The notes under the pieces are model-generated. The model saw only the letters and a program-made list of their open reading frames with translations. It ran no database searches and had not been told where the DNA came from. A program made the translations under genes and the position numbers. DNA of 64,000 nt from the human T2T-CHM13v2.0 reference genome, Homo sapiens, in assembly GCF_009914755.1 (NCBI RefSeq), contig NC_060931.1. One strand, 5' to 3'. This document shows positions 45,256 through 57,108 of this stretch, in pieces. How positions within the stretch are numbered: position 1 is the first letter of the stretch; every line of letters starts with the position of its first letter.

Positions 45256-45364
45256 CAGCCAGGAGCAGTGGCTCACGCTTGAAATCGTGACTCGGCCTTT
45301 GGGGGAGGCCGAGGCGGGCAGATCACTTGAGGTCAGGAGTTCAAGACCAGCCAACTACAACAAA
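45256..45364 (+). mobile_element. Short Alu remnant (5' ~95 bp plus A-rich tail)
   Basis: GCCAGGAGCAGTGGCTCACGC...GAGGTCAGGAGTTCAAGACCAGCC; TSD AAATAACACAAATC / AAGTAACCCAAATC. Confidence 0.88.
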
Positions 45365-45576
45365 AAGTAACCCAAATCAGGGCTGAACTGAAGGAAATAG
45401 AAACACACACACACACGATCAATTAATCCCTGAGTTGGTATAATGAAAGAATTAACGTAAATAGACTAGCTAGACTAATAAAAAGAGAAAGAATATTCAA
45501 ATAAACATAATCAGAAATGACAACAGAGCATGACCACTGACCCCACAGAAATACAAAAAACCCTCAGAGACTATTA

Positions 45577-45656
45577 TTAAGTTGGTGCAAAAGTAATTGC
45601 GATTTTCGCCATTACTTTCAACGGCAAAAACCAGAGTAACTTTTGCACCAACCTAC
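45577..45656. mobile_element. MADE1 (Hsmar1-derived mariner MITE)
   Basis: 80-bp palindrome TTAAGTTGGTGCAAAAGTAATTGCG...ACTTTTGCACCAACCTA preceded by TA. Confidence 0.93.
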
Positions 45657-46719
45657 AACTCTATGCACACAAGCTAAGAAATCTTGAAGAAATAAACCAA
45701 CTCCTGGAAACACAACCTCCCAAGATTGAACCAGACAGAAATTGAATCCCTGAACAGACCGATAACAAGTTCCAGAATTGAATCGGTAATAATAAGCCTA
45801 TTAATAAGAAAAAGCACAGAACCAGATGGATTCACAGCTACATTCTATTAGATGTATAGAGAAGAGCTGATACCATTCCCAAATGAATAAAAATTACTCT
45901 ACCGTAAAGACACATACCTACATGTGTTGATCACAGCATTGTTCACAATAGCAAGACATGTAATCAACCTAAATGCCCATCAGCGGTAGACTGGATACAG
46001 ATATTGTGGTACTCATACATCATGGAATACCACCCAAGCAAAAAAAACAAAAACACAAGACCGTATTCTCTGCAGCAAACATGGGTGGAGCTGGAGGCCA
46101 TTATTCTAAGCAAACTAATTCAGGAACAGAAAACCAAATACTGCATGTTCTCACTTATAGGTGGGTGGTAAACATTAAGAAAACATGGACACAAAGAAGA
46201 GAACAACAGCCACTGGGCCTACTTGAAGGTAGAGGAAGTGGGAGGAGGGAGAGGATGAAGAAAAAAAAATCAACTGCATATTGGGCACCATGCTTATTAC
46301 CTGGGTGATGAAATAATCTGTACACCAAACTCCCATGACACAGAATTTACCTACATAATGAAACTGTGTGTGCACTTCTGAATGTAAAATAAAAGTTTTA
46401 AAAAAGAAATCTTATTTCAGTGATTGGACCATTTGACCATTAGCAATGACATATTACCATTTCAACTGGTTACACTAATGCTATAATAGCAACATTGACT
46501 ACTCAGGGTAAAAGACAAAATTCAGGCCATCAGTAATGGCCAATAAAACATTAACACTGTACCAGAAAGTTTCTTCTTTTATGTGAAGAGACATAATTTG
46601 ATTATCCTGAAAAATTGTTTACATAATTGTAATCAAATGTTATCTCGTACAGATACACACATTTTCAAATATAACAATGTATATACTTTTAAAGAGCATA
46701 AACTTATTTTTAGGGTTAG

Positions 46720-46920
46720 ATGTCTAGAGTTTTAGTAGGAATCCCTTGAACAACCACAGTCCAATCACTAATTTTAAGTGATAAACAACTGTGATCCAGA
46801 AAGGTCAAATAGCTTGTGCAAGAGGACTGAGATGGTGAGTGGCCGGGCCAGTGTCATCACCAAAGTCTTCAGCCTTTGAAGAAATGACATTGATACCTGA
46901 ACTCCTAATGCTCCTCTTAC
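46720..46920 (-). mobile_element. MIR relic
   Basis: AGTCCAATCACTAATTTTAAGTGATAAACAACTGTGATCCAGAAAGGTCAAATAGCTTG. Confidence 0.6.
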
Positions 46921-47059
46921 AATGTCCTGGGAGAAAGGCACACATTTTTTTAAATTCATTATTTTTTTAGTCTGCTACTAATGTGTACAGTGGTCAAACA
47001 GGATTTGACTAAACTCATTAATATTTTACAGGTCAGGGTATTAGTAACTGATAGCTAGT

Positions 47060-48490
47060 GAAGTAACACATTGTTTCAATTTGTCCATTCCAACTGATGA
47101 TGTTTGCTTTGATCACTTGACCTAGGTGGTATTTTCCAGAGTAAAGTTATTCTTATTCCCTTTGTAATTAATAATTATTCTATCAGGAGATACGTTAAAA
47201 CTTTAAAAATACACTGTTTCTCATGAAACTTTTAATTTTTTCATATATTAATTTACATCAGAAAAGACACATAGTTTTCTGTCAATGAGTTAACTCCATA
47301 TCATTGTATCATTACTTAATTTGCTCCTTAAAATGGTCCTGGTTGGGCCAGTGGGAATCCCTTTAACTAGTTTCTATGTCTTTTCTAGGCATCTGCATCA
47401 TTATTTTAGAGAGCTCCCTTGCTTTCTGGCCCAAGATATCCAGAATCATCTTGTAGTTTTTCTGGCCCAGCCATTAAGCCAGCATTTATCTGAGGATACT
47501 AGACGGTTTTTTTATTTTTAGTGCAGAATAATATTTAGAAGTTATAATCTGTGTTGGGTATGCTCATTGCTGTTGAGACATTATTTTTCCCCAGCCTTTT
47601 CAATGGACAGGGCTAAGGAATATATGTATGTACAAACACAAGTAATGTAAAATAGTTACATATTTAATTATAGTACAATATATTACAGTGGAAACTTATG
47701 TGTATCTTTGTTTCTGTATCCATCTGTATGTTTTGAAAACCATGAATTCATAATGAAGCCTCCGATTCCAGACTATTACCATACTTTCTTATAATATTTT
47801 CCTTTTCCATATTTATAATTTCTTCTGTAACAGTATGAAAATTAGTTCACATTGTTTTCTAAACATACCTTTATATTCTAAACATATATATGTTTGTGTG
47901 TGTGTGTGTGTGTGTATATATTTATTTCATGAGTCCTTACATGCATTATCATACTCCTATTGCTGCCATTGCTACCAGCTTCCCCCAACATGGTTGCCCT
48001 CCTCACACTGCTCAGAAGTCTGTTGCTCTTTCACCACTGCCTTCCTCACCACACTCTGGCAATGATACCATGCACCTGAACTTCACCCCTCCTATCTTTT
48101 CCCTTCTCAGCCACTTCGTGTACTCACACCTCGCTCCAGGATACCCTTCTCTAAGGATGCCCTCCTTACCCTGATCAAGATCTGATACTCTTGCTAGATT
48201 GCTTCCCGTGCTGATGCTTTCCTCACCTTGCTGAATCTCTGGCATGTCTCACTAGACGGTGCCTCTAGTTAACACCCTGTTTTTCCTCCCATCAGGCTCT
48301 GACACCTTGAACTGGACTGCCTTTCTCTATGCATTTTTTTCTTACTGTGCCTGAGCTCTGACAAAACACACTTGGCTACTCCTTCACCTGCACATTCTCT
48401 ACTCAAGCTCTGACATTCCATTTTGGACTATCCCTCTCCTTACCTTAATTTGGCTCTGACATCTCATATACCTGCAGGGGCTCTGACACC
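47060..48490 (-). mobile_element. L1MC4/5-like 3' UTR with a degenerate internal tandem array
   Basis: CTTTGATCACTTG...TTTGTAATTAATAA...GGGTATGCTCATTGCT...GAAAACCATGAATTCATA motifs; GCTCTGACA repeats at 48296-48490. Confidence 0.7.
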
Positions 48491-49558
48491 TTATGCTAGG
48501 AAGTAAGAAGTCCTTTGCAGTCTCTGAGGGCAATATCCCCTTGAAGCCTGCTCTGAAACCCGAAGAAAAGGATAAACAGCTGATTCTGTGTCATTTCCTT
48601 TAGCTTTAGAGATGTCTGAGGATTTGATCCTTGGCCAATTATTCTTACAACACATACTCATAAAATCATTTAAAAAATTCCATACTAAATTCAAGGGAGA
48701 TAGGAACCTTATCAAAATATCTATTGAACCAGACACTGTCAACATTGTTTATTAAATAAGGAAAAACCAGCTTTGATGACACACAACTGCATTTGTAGAT
48801 GGAAGCTCGTCATGGACTCCCAGTCATATATATTGGAAGGGCTATGTGATTATCTTGTTATTAAAGGCTAAAGGGACCCTAGAGCTTATTGGCTTGCCTG
48901 AGCTGAGGTGCTCTGCACATATTCAACCTAATTCCTTAGCATAAAATGACTGGGACACCAGAAGCTGAGTCTAGGGATCACATATTTCCACTATAGTCTG
49001 GCTGTGGATATTATGTAGGCTATTCTTTTCTTTTAAGCTTTAGCTAACTAAACTTGGTGCTTGCTAAAGGCTATTACATTTAATAAATTTAATTATTGGT
49101 AGAAATCCAAGCCCGTGGCTGCTAGTAGAGCAGAGTGGAAGTTGTAGCACTCTTGGCCCATTAAAGAATACATAGCTAAGCGAGTCTGGGTTTAGAAGAA
49201 AGGCTGTAAAATCACTATACTATATAGTGTGTGCTTCTGTGAGTCATCCAACATAGGCAAAAATGTTGATCCAGTCTTCTGAAGTCTTTGAAAAAGGTTG
49301 GTTGTGGGAGTAGAAGAGACAATTCTGGGAATCTATCCAAGGTTAGCTTCCAGGCAGGGGATCAGACCTTTGAGTCAGCATCAAAGAAGAGACAAGTGTT
49401 TTCTGTTAGGAGGTAAAGGATATAAATTAGACTGAATGTATATATGTGCTCTTCTTAATTGGTTATGGAAGTACCACTCCTTTTTTGGATTATCTACATC
49501 TCCAGATTTTAAACAAAATGAAAGAAAGGAAAAAGCCTAAGAAGTAGATGCCAAACTA

Positions 49559-49858
<300 letters not shown>

Positions 49859-49989
49859 AAGAAGTAGATGCCAGATGATATAAGAATGAATACTTAAGTA
49901 AACACAAATATTTTTCACTTTATGTTCATAATTTACAAGTGCAAACTAGCTATCTGCACAGAAACACTAAGCAAACTAGTTTTTAATTA

Positions 49990-51480
49990 TAATCTTTTAA
50001 TTTTGTGATAATTATTGATTTGTATGCAGGTGAAAGAAATAATTCTGAAAGATTCTGTGAATCATTTACTCGAGTTCCTCCAATGATAACATCTTACAAA
50101 ACTATGGTACCTTATTACTACCAGGATATTGTCATTGTTGCTGTCAAGATACAGAACATTTCTATCACAACAAGCATCCTCACATTAACGTTTTATAATC
50201 ACACCTACTTTTCTCCTACCTCACCTCCTCTTTATCCTTGGCAACTGCTAATTTGTTCTCCATCGTCATAATTTTTTAAATTTCAAGAATAATATAAATA
50301 AATTCATATACTATATAACCTTTTGGGATTATTTCTGCATTCCTCAAAATTATCTGGAGACTCATCCAGTTTTTTGTGTGTAACAGTATTTTTTTAATGC
50401 TGAATAGTATTCCATGGTATGGCTATACCACACTTTGTATAACCATTCACCTACTGAAAACATCTGATGATTGTTTCTAGTGTTTGACTATTATAAGTAA
50501 ATCTACTATAAACATTAGTGTCAGGTTTTCTATACATTAGTGTAGAAGTTTTTATTTTCCTGGATAAATGCCCAGGAGTTCAATTACTGAGTCAGGAGGT
50601 AGGTGGATGTTTAGTTTTTTAAGTAATTGTCAAACTGTTTTGCAGAGAATCGGGACCATTTCTTTCATATCCTCACTAGCAACAAAGTGAAATAAATTCT
50701 GCACATTCCGAATAGCATTTGGTGTTGTTAATATATTTCATTTTAGCAATTCTGATATGTGTGTAGTAATACCTTACAGTGATTTTATTTCCATTTTTGT
50801 AATGGATAATTATTTTGAAAATGTGTTCTTAGCTGAAATGTGTCTTCGTATAATTTGCCTATTCTCTAATTGGATTTTTTTCACTGTTGAATTCTGAAAG
50901 GTTTTTTGGTTGCTAATATTTTCTCACTACTCAATATGTATGCTATTTTTTTTTCTTGTATTATTGCACTAGCTATGACTTCAAGTGCAATTCTGAATAA
51001 AGGGTGATGAGGAGACATCCTTGCCTTACTCTGGAATGTAGGGAGAAAACATGCAATTTCTTACTGTTAAGCATGAAGACAGTTTTAGGCTTTTTGCAGA
51101 TGTTCTTTGTCAAGTTTAGGAAGTTTCTCGCTATTTACAGTTTGAGAACTTTTTTTCTTTACCTTTAATGAGTTTTTAAAGTGTCAAATACTCTTAATGT
51201 ACTATAGCCTGTTGGTGTGCCAAATACATTATTTTCAAATGTTGAAACATCATTGCATAGCTACTGTAAATCTCTTTTGGTCATGGTGTAGAATTATTTT
51301 TATACATTGTTGGAACTGATTTCGTAATATTTAGTTGAGAATTTTTGCATCTGTGTTTATGATAGCTATTGTCTGTAGTTTCCGTACCTTGTAAAATCTT
51401 CAACTGTTTTTGTATTAGATTAATTCTATATTTACAGAATTATTTAAGAAGTGTTCCCTCTTACACTTTTCGGAAGAGAC
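49990..51480 (-). mobile_element. L1MD-like 3' end with deleted ORF2 segments
   Basis: AAGAAATAATTCTGAAAGATTCTG...TAACATCTTACAAAACTAT...GTCAAGATACAGAACATTTC. Confidence 0.75.
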
Positions 51481-51499
51481 TGTTATATATAAAAACATA

Positions 51500-54400
51500 T
51501 ATTTATATATATATATATATCCATGAAACTTGCACCTCAGTCACAATAATGAACACATACATCACTGAAAAACTTTCTTCATGCTCCTTTGTAATTACTG
51601 CATCCTACCTTTTCCCCTCTTCCAGCACTTTCTGTCACTATTCATTTTGAACTTTCTAGAACTTTAAATGGGTTGATAAAATATGCTTTTCATTCTAACA
51701 TCTTTGACTCAGCACAGATTTTGAAATTCATTTTTATTATAGCATGTAATAATAGTTAATTCCTTTTTGTTACTGAGTAGTATTTCACACAAGAATATAT
51801 ATTAGTTTGTTCACTAACTTGTTCATGGACATTTGGATTATTTCTACGTCTTAGCTATTAAAAATTAAGCTGGTAGAAACATGCATGTATCAGCCTTTGT
51901 AACACTTTCTTTTCTCTCATGTAAATATTTAGTTGCAGAATGATTGCATCATATTCAAAGTGTATACTTAACTTTCAAGAAATTGCCACACCGTTTTCCA
52001 AAGTAGTTTGCCATTTTAAGCATCCATCAGCATTGTTGAAAGTTTTAGTTGCTCCATATGGTTACTAACACTTGGTATAATCAGTCAGTAATTTTCATTT
52101 CAGCCATTTTACTAGCTGTGTAATGGCATCTATATATGGTTTTAATCTGCATTTCCCTAATGACTAAAATGTTGAGCATCATTTTTCTGTTTATTTGCCA
52201 TTCTTACATCTTTTTTGGTCAATGGTTGTTAAGATATTTGTCTCATTTTTAAAACACCGTTATCAGATATATGATTTGCAACTATATTGTCCTAGTCTGT
52301 AGGTTGTATTTTTCTTTTTTAAACTGTGCCTTTGAAAGTGCAGAAGATTTTGGTTTTGATAAAATCCAGTTTAACAATTTATTCTTTCATAAATCATATT
52401 TTTGAAATCATATCTAAGAAGATTTTGTGTAACCAAAGGTCATAAAGCCTTTCTTCTAGCAGTCCTCTATAAGTATTGTAGTTTTGCATTTTAAAATTTT
52501 TCATGATCAAACTTAAGGGAATTTTTATATGTAGTCAAAAAAACTTTTTTTTGTTTTGCCTATAGACATCTAATTATTTTAACATCATTTGTTAAAAAAA
52601 AAAAGACTGTCTTTCTTCCACTGAATTGTGTTTGTATCTTTGTCATAAATCAATTCTCCACAAATGTTTCTCTCTTACTGGATTCTCTACTAAGCTCTAT
52701 TGATTTATTTTTCCTACCTTTGAGTCAAATACCACCTGTCTTCATTACTACAGCTTTATAATAAGTCTTGAAGTCAGATAATAATCTTGATTTTATTCTA
52801 TAGATAGAAATTAGAGCCAGACACTATGGCTCACCTTGTAATCCTAGCACTTTGGGAGGCCGGGGCAGGCGGATCACTTGAGCTCCGGAGTTTGAGACAA
52901 GCCTGACCAACATTGTGAAACTCTGTGTCTACTAAAAATACAAAAGTTATTTGGACATGGTGGTGCATGCCTGTAACCTCAGCTACTCTGGTGGCTGAGG
53001 CATGAAAATCGCTTGAACCGAGGAAGTGGAGGTTGCCATGAGCCGAGATCACGCCACTGCACTCCAGCCTGGGTGACAGAACGAGGTGCTGTCACCACCA
53101 ACAACAATAACAATAAGGACGACAGAAATTAGGAAGTACTTCAACTTTGTTCCTCTTGTAAAATATTATTTTTTGTTATTTTGGGACCTTTGTATTACCA
53201 TGTGAATTTTAAAATTGGCTAATCAATTTCTGAAAACAACCTTTCAGTTTTCATTTAATATACACATTAATTTAGGAAAAACTGATATCTTAAATTCACA
53301 ATTCATAAACATTTCTCTGTTTATGTCTCCTTTGCATTTCTCCTTTTCTTAGGCCTTCATTAATTTCTCTCATAATTGTTTTACAGTTTTTGATTTGCTG
53401 GTCTTGCACATCTTTTTGCATTTTATATTTTAATGTTATTGTAAGGGTGTTTTTAAATTTCAATTTCAGATTGGCCATTAGTGGAATATAGAAATGCAGC
53501 TTCTTTTACTATTTTGATTTTGTATCCTGCAATATTGCTAAATTTGTTTAGTATTTCTAGGATTCTTTTATATTCTATTTGGTTTTCTATGTAGATTATC
53601 ACATCATCTGCAAACTAAGATAGTATTACTTTTTATTTTCCAATTTGAATTCTATTTACATATTTTTCTTGCCTGTGTGCACTGCATATACCTCTTCTAG
53701 TTGAATGTATGTGATAATAGCAGACATCCTTGTCTTGTTCCTCATCTTAGGGATAAAGTGTGTGACTTAATACCTTTAAATATGATGTTAGCTGTAGGAT
53801 TTTCATGGAAGTTCTTCATTAGGTTGAGGATTTCCCCTTTTGGCTATATCTTTCATCAGAAATGGATGTTGGATTTTTGTAAAAGTTTTTTCCTGAGTAT
53901 ATTGAGATGGTAATACTTTTTTGTTGTTAATATGTTTAATTGCATTGATATTTTAATTTTAAACTAGGTTTGCATTCCAGTGATAAATTCTGATCCTTCT
54001 AATGTATCATTAGATTCAATTTGCTAAAGTTTTGATTAAAATTTTTGCATTTATTAATGAAGGCTATTAGTTTGTATGTTTCATTATCTTGTAACATCTT
54101 TTTGACTATCAGTGTATTGCTGCCTTCATAGAATGAGTTGGAGAATGTTCTCTGCTTTGCAATTTTCTGGAAGAGATTGTGTAAAATTGACATGAATACT
54201 TCCTTAAATGTTTGGTAGAACTCACCCATATAGTTATCTGGCCTGGGATTCTCTTTTTCAGTAGGTTTTTAACTACATATTCAATTTCTTTAAATGATAT
54301 GGAATTACTCATGATATCTATTTCTTCTTAAGTGAAACTTCATAGTTTTTATTTTTCAAGGAACATTTTCATTTCATTGAAACTATGAAATTTAAAGCCA

Positions 54401-55800
54401 TAAAGCCATTTATAAAATTTCTTTATTATCCTGTGAATATTTATAGAACCTGTACTGATACCACATCACCTACCTCATTCCTGATATTAGTAATTTGTTT
54501 CTTCTTTGTTTCCTGGTGAGTTTGGCAAAAGGCTTGTTGATTTGGGGTTTAATCCAAGAAACTTTTATTGATTTTTCCATGCTGTTTTTCTGTTTTATAT
54601 TTTATGATTTTCATGTTTATTTTTATAATTTTATTCATTCTCCTTGCTTTGGGTTTATTTTGCTGATCTTTTCCCAGTTTTTTAAGTTGAAGTTGTTTAT
54701 TTGAGGATTTTATTCTTTTTTTATATTCGCATTTAGTACTATACATTCCCACCATGTACTACTTAGTGGCAAATGACATGTTTTGATATGCTGTGTTTTT
54801 ACTGTTATTCAGTTCAAAATATTTTAATTTGTATTCTGATTTTTTCTGTTACCCATTAGTTATTTAAAATTATTTGTGTGGTTCCAAACATTTGACAATA
54901 TTCCAAATGTCTTTCTGTAATCAATCTCCAATTTAATTTCATTGTGGTTAGAGAACATTCTTTGTAACAGTTGAATTCTTTTAAACTTATTAAAACATTT
55001 TATTGCTCAGAAGATGGTCTATTGTACTAAATGTTCCAGGTGCACTTAAAAAGAATGTACATTCTGCTATCGATGGGAGGAGTGGTCAAAAAAATTTTAA
55101 TTACATCAAGGTGATTTAATGTGTTTTTTTTTTTATAATTTTACTGATTGTCTACATTTTCTGTTATTTATTGAAAGAGAAATATTGGGATCTCTGGCTA
55201 TAATGGTGGACTTTTCTATTTCTCCTTACATTTCTATCAATTTTTGCTTTATGTATTTTGAAGTTAATTTATTAAGATAATAAACATTTGGTAACATTAT
55301 GTACTTTTGCTAAATTGATGAATCTACTTTTACTGACACGGTTATAGCCATTGAAATTTTGTTTTTAGTGGTATTAACATGGTCTATTTTGTCTATTATT
55401 TTAATCCTATTTTTGTCTTTATAAAGTTTGTTACTTATGACCCGCATATAGTTGTGACGTGTGATTTTATTCAATCTGAAAATCTCCTTTTAATGGAAGT
55501 ATTTATACCACAGCAGTTTAGTGCGATTATTGATATAGGTAAATTGCACTTGCCATTTTGCTGTCTGTTTTTTGTCTCATCTTTTGTTGTTTATTATTTT
55601 ACACATTTATTAAAGTTTTTCTCCTTTTTTGATTATTTTATGATTAAATTTTATTCCCTTTGTTGTCCTATTAACATTTTTTTATTTTGTTATTTTAGTG
55701 ATTAGGGTTTAGCGTGAACATCTTTAAATTATCACAGTCTGCCCTTAAGTGATATTATATCACTTCACATGTAGCATAAAAGCCTTTTAAAATTTAGTAT
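51500..55800 (-). mobile_element. Old L1M (L1MB/ME-like) 3' UTR and ORF2, Alu-interrupted
   Basis: Minus ORF 53999-54229 (MGEFYQTFKEVFMSILHNLFQKI...NSFYEGS) is an ORF2p remnant. Confidence 0.8.
52815..53123 (+). mobile_element. Alu (AluS/J)
   Basis: Full dimer; TSD AGAAATTAG at 52806-52814 and 53124-53132; tail decayed to CAC/CAA/GAC triplets. Confidence 0.93.
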
Positions 55801-55811
55801 TAGAATAACCA

Positions 55812-56165
55812 TGTTTCTTAGATAATTTGGGCTACTTAACAAAGTACCATGGGCCACATAGCTTATAAACAATGTAAATTTATTTTTCACAGTTCTGGAG
55901 ACTGGGACATCCACGATCAAGTCACTGGTAGATTTAGTGTCTGGTGAGAGTCTATTTCCTGATCCAAAGGTGGTGTCTTTTAGTTGTGTCCTCACATAGT
56001 CAAAGGGGTAAGGCTTCTTTCTGGGGCCTCTTTTGTTCGAACACTAATTCTATTCATGAGGAATCTACCTTCATGACCTAACTACCTCCCAAAAGACCCC
56101 TACTTCTCATACCATCACTTTGGCGAAAAGGTTTCAACATATGAATTTTGGGTGAACACAAACTA
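55812..56165 (-). mobile_element. MaLR LTR (MLT1A-like)
   Basis: TTATTTTTCACAGTTCTGGAGACTGGGA...TTTCAACATATGAATTTTGGG. Confidence 0.85.
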
Positions 56166-56689
56166 CATAAATATAAAGTATTTTTGTGTGTGTGGAGCAT
56201 TGGTGAAGAGTGTTAAAGCAATGCAAAATGATGAGTATGACTTTGCAACTGCCTTTAAATATGTTATACTGTTGCTTCTGCTTAGAACCATGAGCAGAAC
56301 CACAAAGTTATATTAACTTGGTTCTTCCGGTACAAGAATTCTAGAAATAGATTGTCTAAACAATGTCTTCAAAATGTCACAAACCTTATAGAAAATACTA
56401 CATTTGATTAGAGAATTTTATTGATAAGATCTCAGAGTTTTATGGAAAGGCATTATCTTACAAGGTTTTATGATCCATTATTATATGCTATTTTACATGC
56501 AAAATGTAAATATTTGTCTCTTGAAAAAAATTTCCAGGTCCAAACTTGTTTTGAACACACTGATTGTTTCCAATCTTACAGAGTCTCAGTAGAGATTCTC
56601 AGTACAGATTTAAACATTTTCAGTAAACAGATCCTGTGAACAAACCTTTTAATTAACTGTTTTCAGAACTTATATGACTATATTGCTAT

Positions 56690-57108
56690 ATATCTTCTGT
56701 TTTTCTTACCTGTATTTCTTATCCATCCTTCTCTACTCTGCTCTCTGCCTTGAAAGACTGACCTGTATGTGTTGCAGCAACAGATTTCTTAGCCCTCTAA
56801 CTTTACTGTGGGTTTGACTTACACCAATAAGAAGAAAGAAAGACATTCAGGTACTTGTTCCTTCAGTTTCAATTCTACTTGGTTATCCCTATTTTTGTCC
56901 CTGATAGAAAATCACATCTCCTAAACACAGCCTTTCACATATGACTCTTTCTTTTCATGTTCAGGTTAGGTTCTCCTCCTTTTCTCCCTTTATCTTAGTA
57001 ACAGGTAATAACCCTGGGTTACTGTACTTTCCCTTTTGGCTTATTTATAATCTGTCCGTACCTTGGAAATAGCAAAGCTGTTCCTCAAATGTCCTTCCTG
57101 CTGAGGTT
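56690..57108 (+). mobile_element. Degraded ERVL LTR (LTR33-like)
   Basis: CCTTCTCTACTCTGCTCTCTGCC...GACTGACCTGTATG...TTCCTGCTGAG. Confidence 0.5.

Larger units (their letters stand above)
40982..46403 (+). mobile_element. L1 (about L1PA13-16) with both ends intact and a large internal ORF2 deletion
   Basis: 5' GGCCAAGATGG start, ~2 kb 5' UTR, decayed ORF1 (~43140-44120), ORF2 from ATGACAGGATCAAAT (~44235), 3' UTR with AATAAA; TSD AAGAAATCTTACTTCAG (40965-40981) / AAGAAATCTTATTTCAG (46404-46420). Confidence 0.92.

Noticed and set aside
48170-48490. Regularly spaced GCTCTGACA motifs superficially like a CRISPR array
   Set aside because: The motif is only 9 bp, spacing is irregular (59, 52, 46, 27), the spacers resemble each other, there are no cas genes, and the context is primate DNA; best explained as a degenerate tandem array in an L1MC 3' UTR
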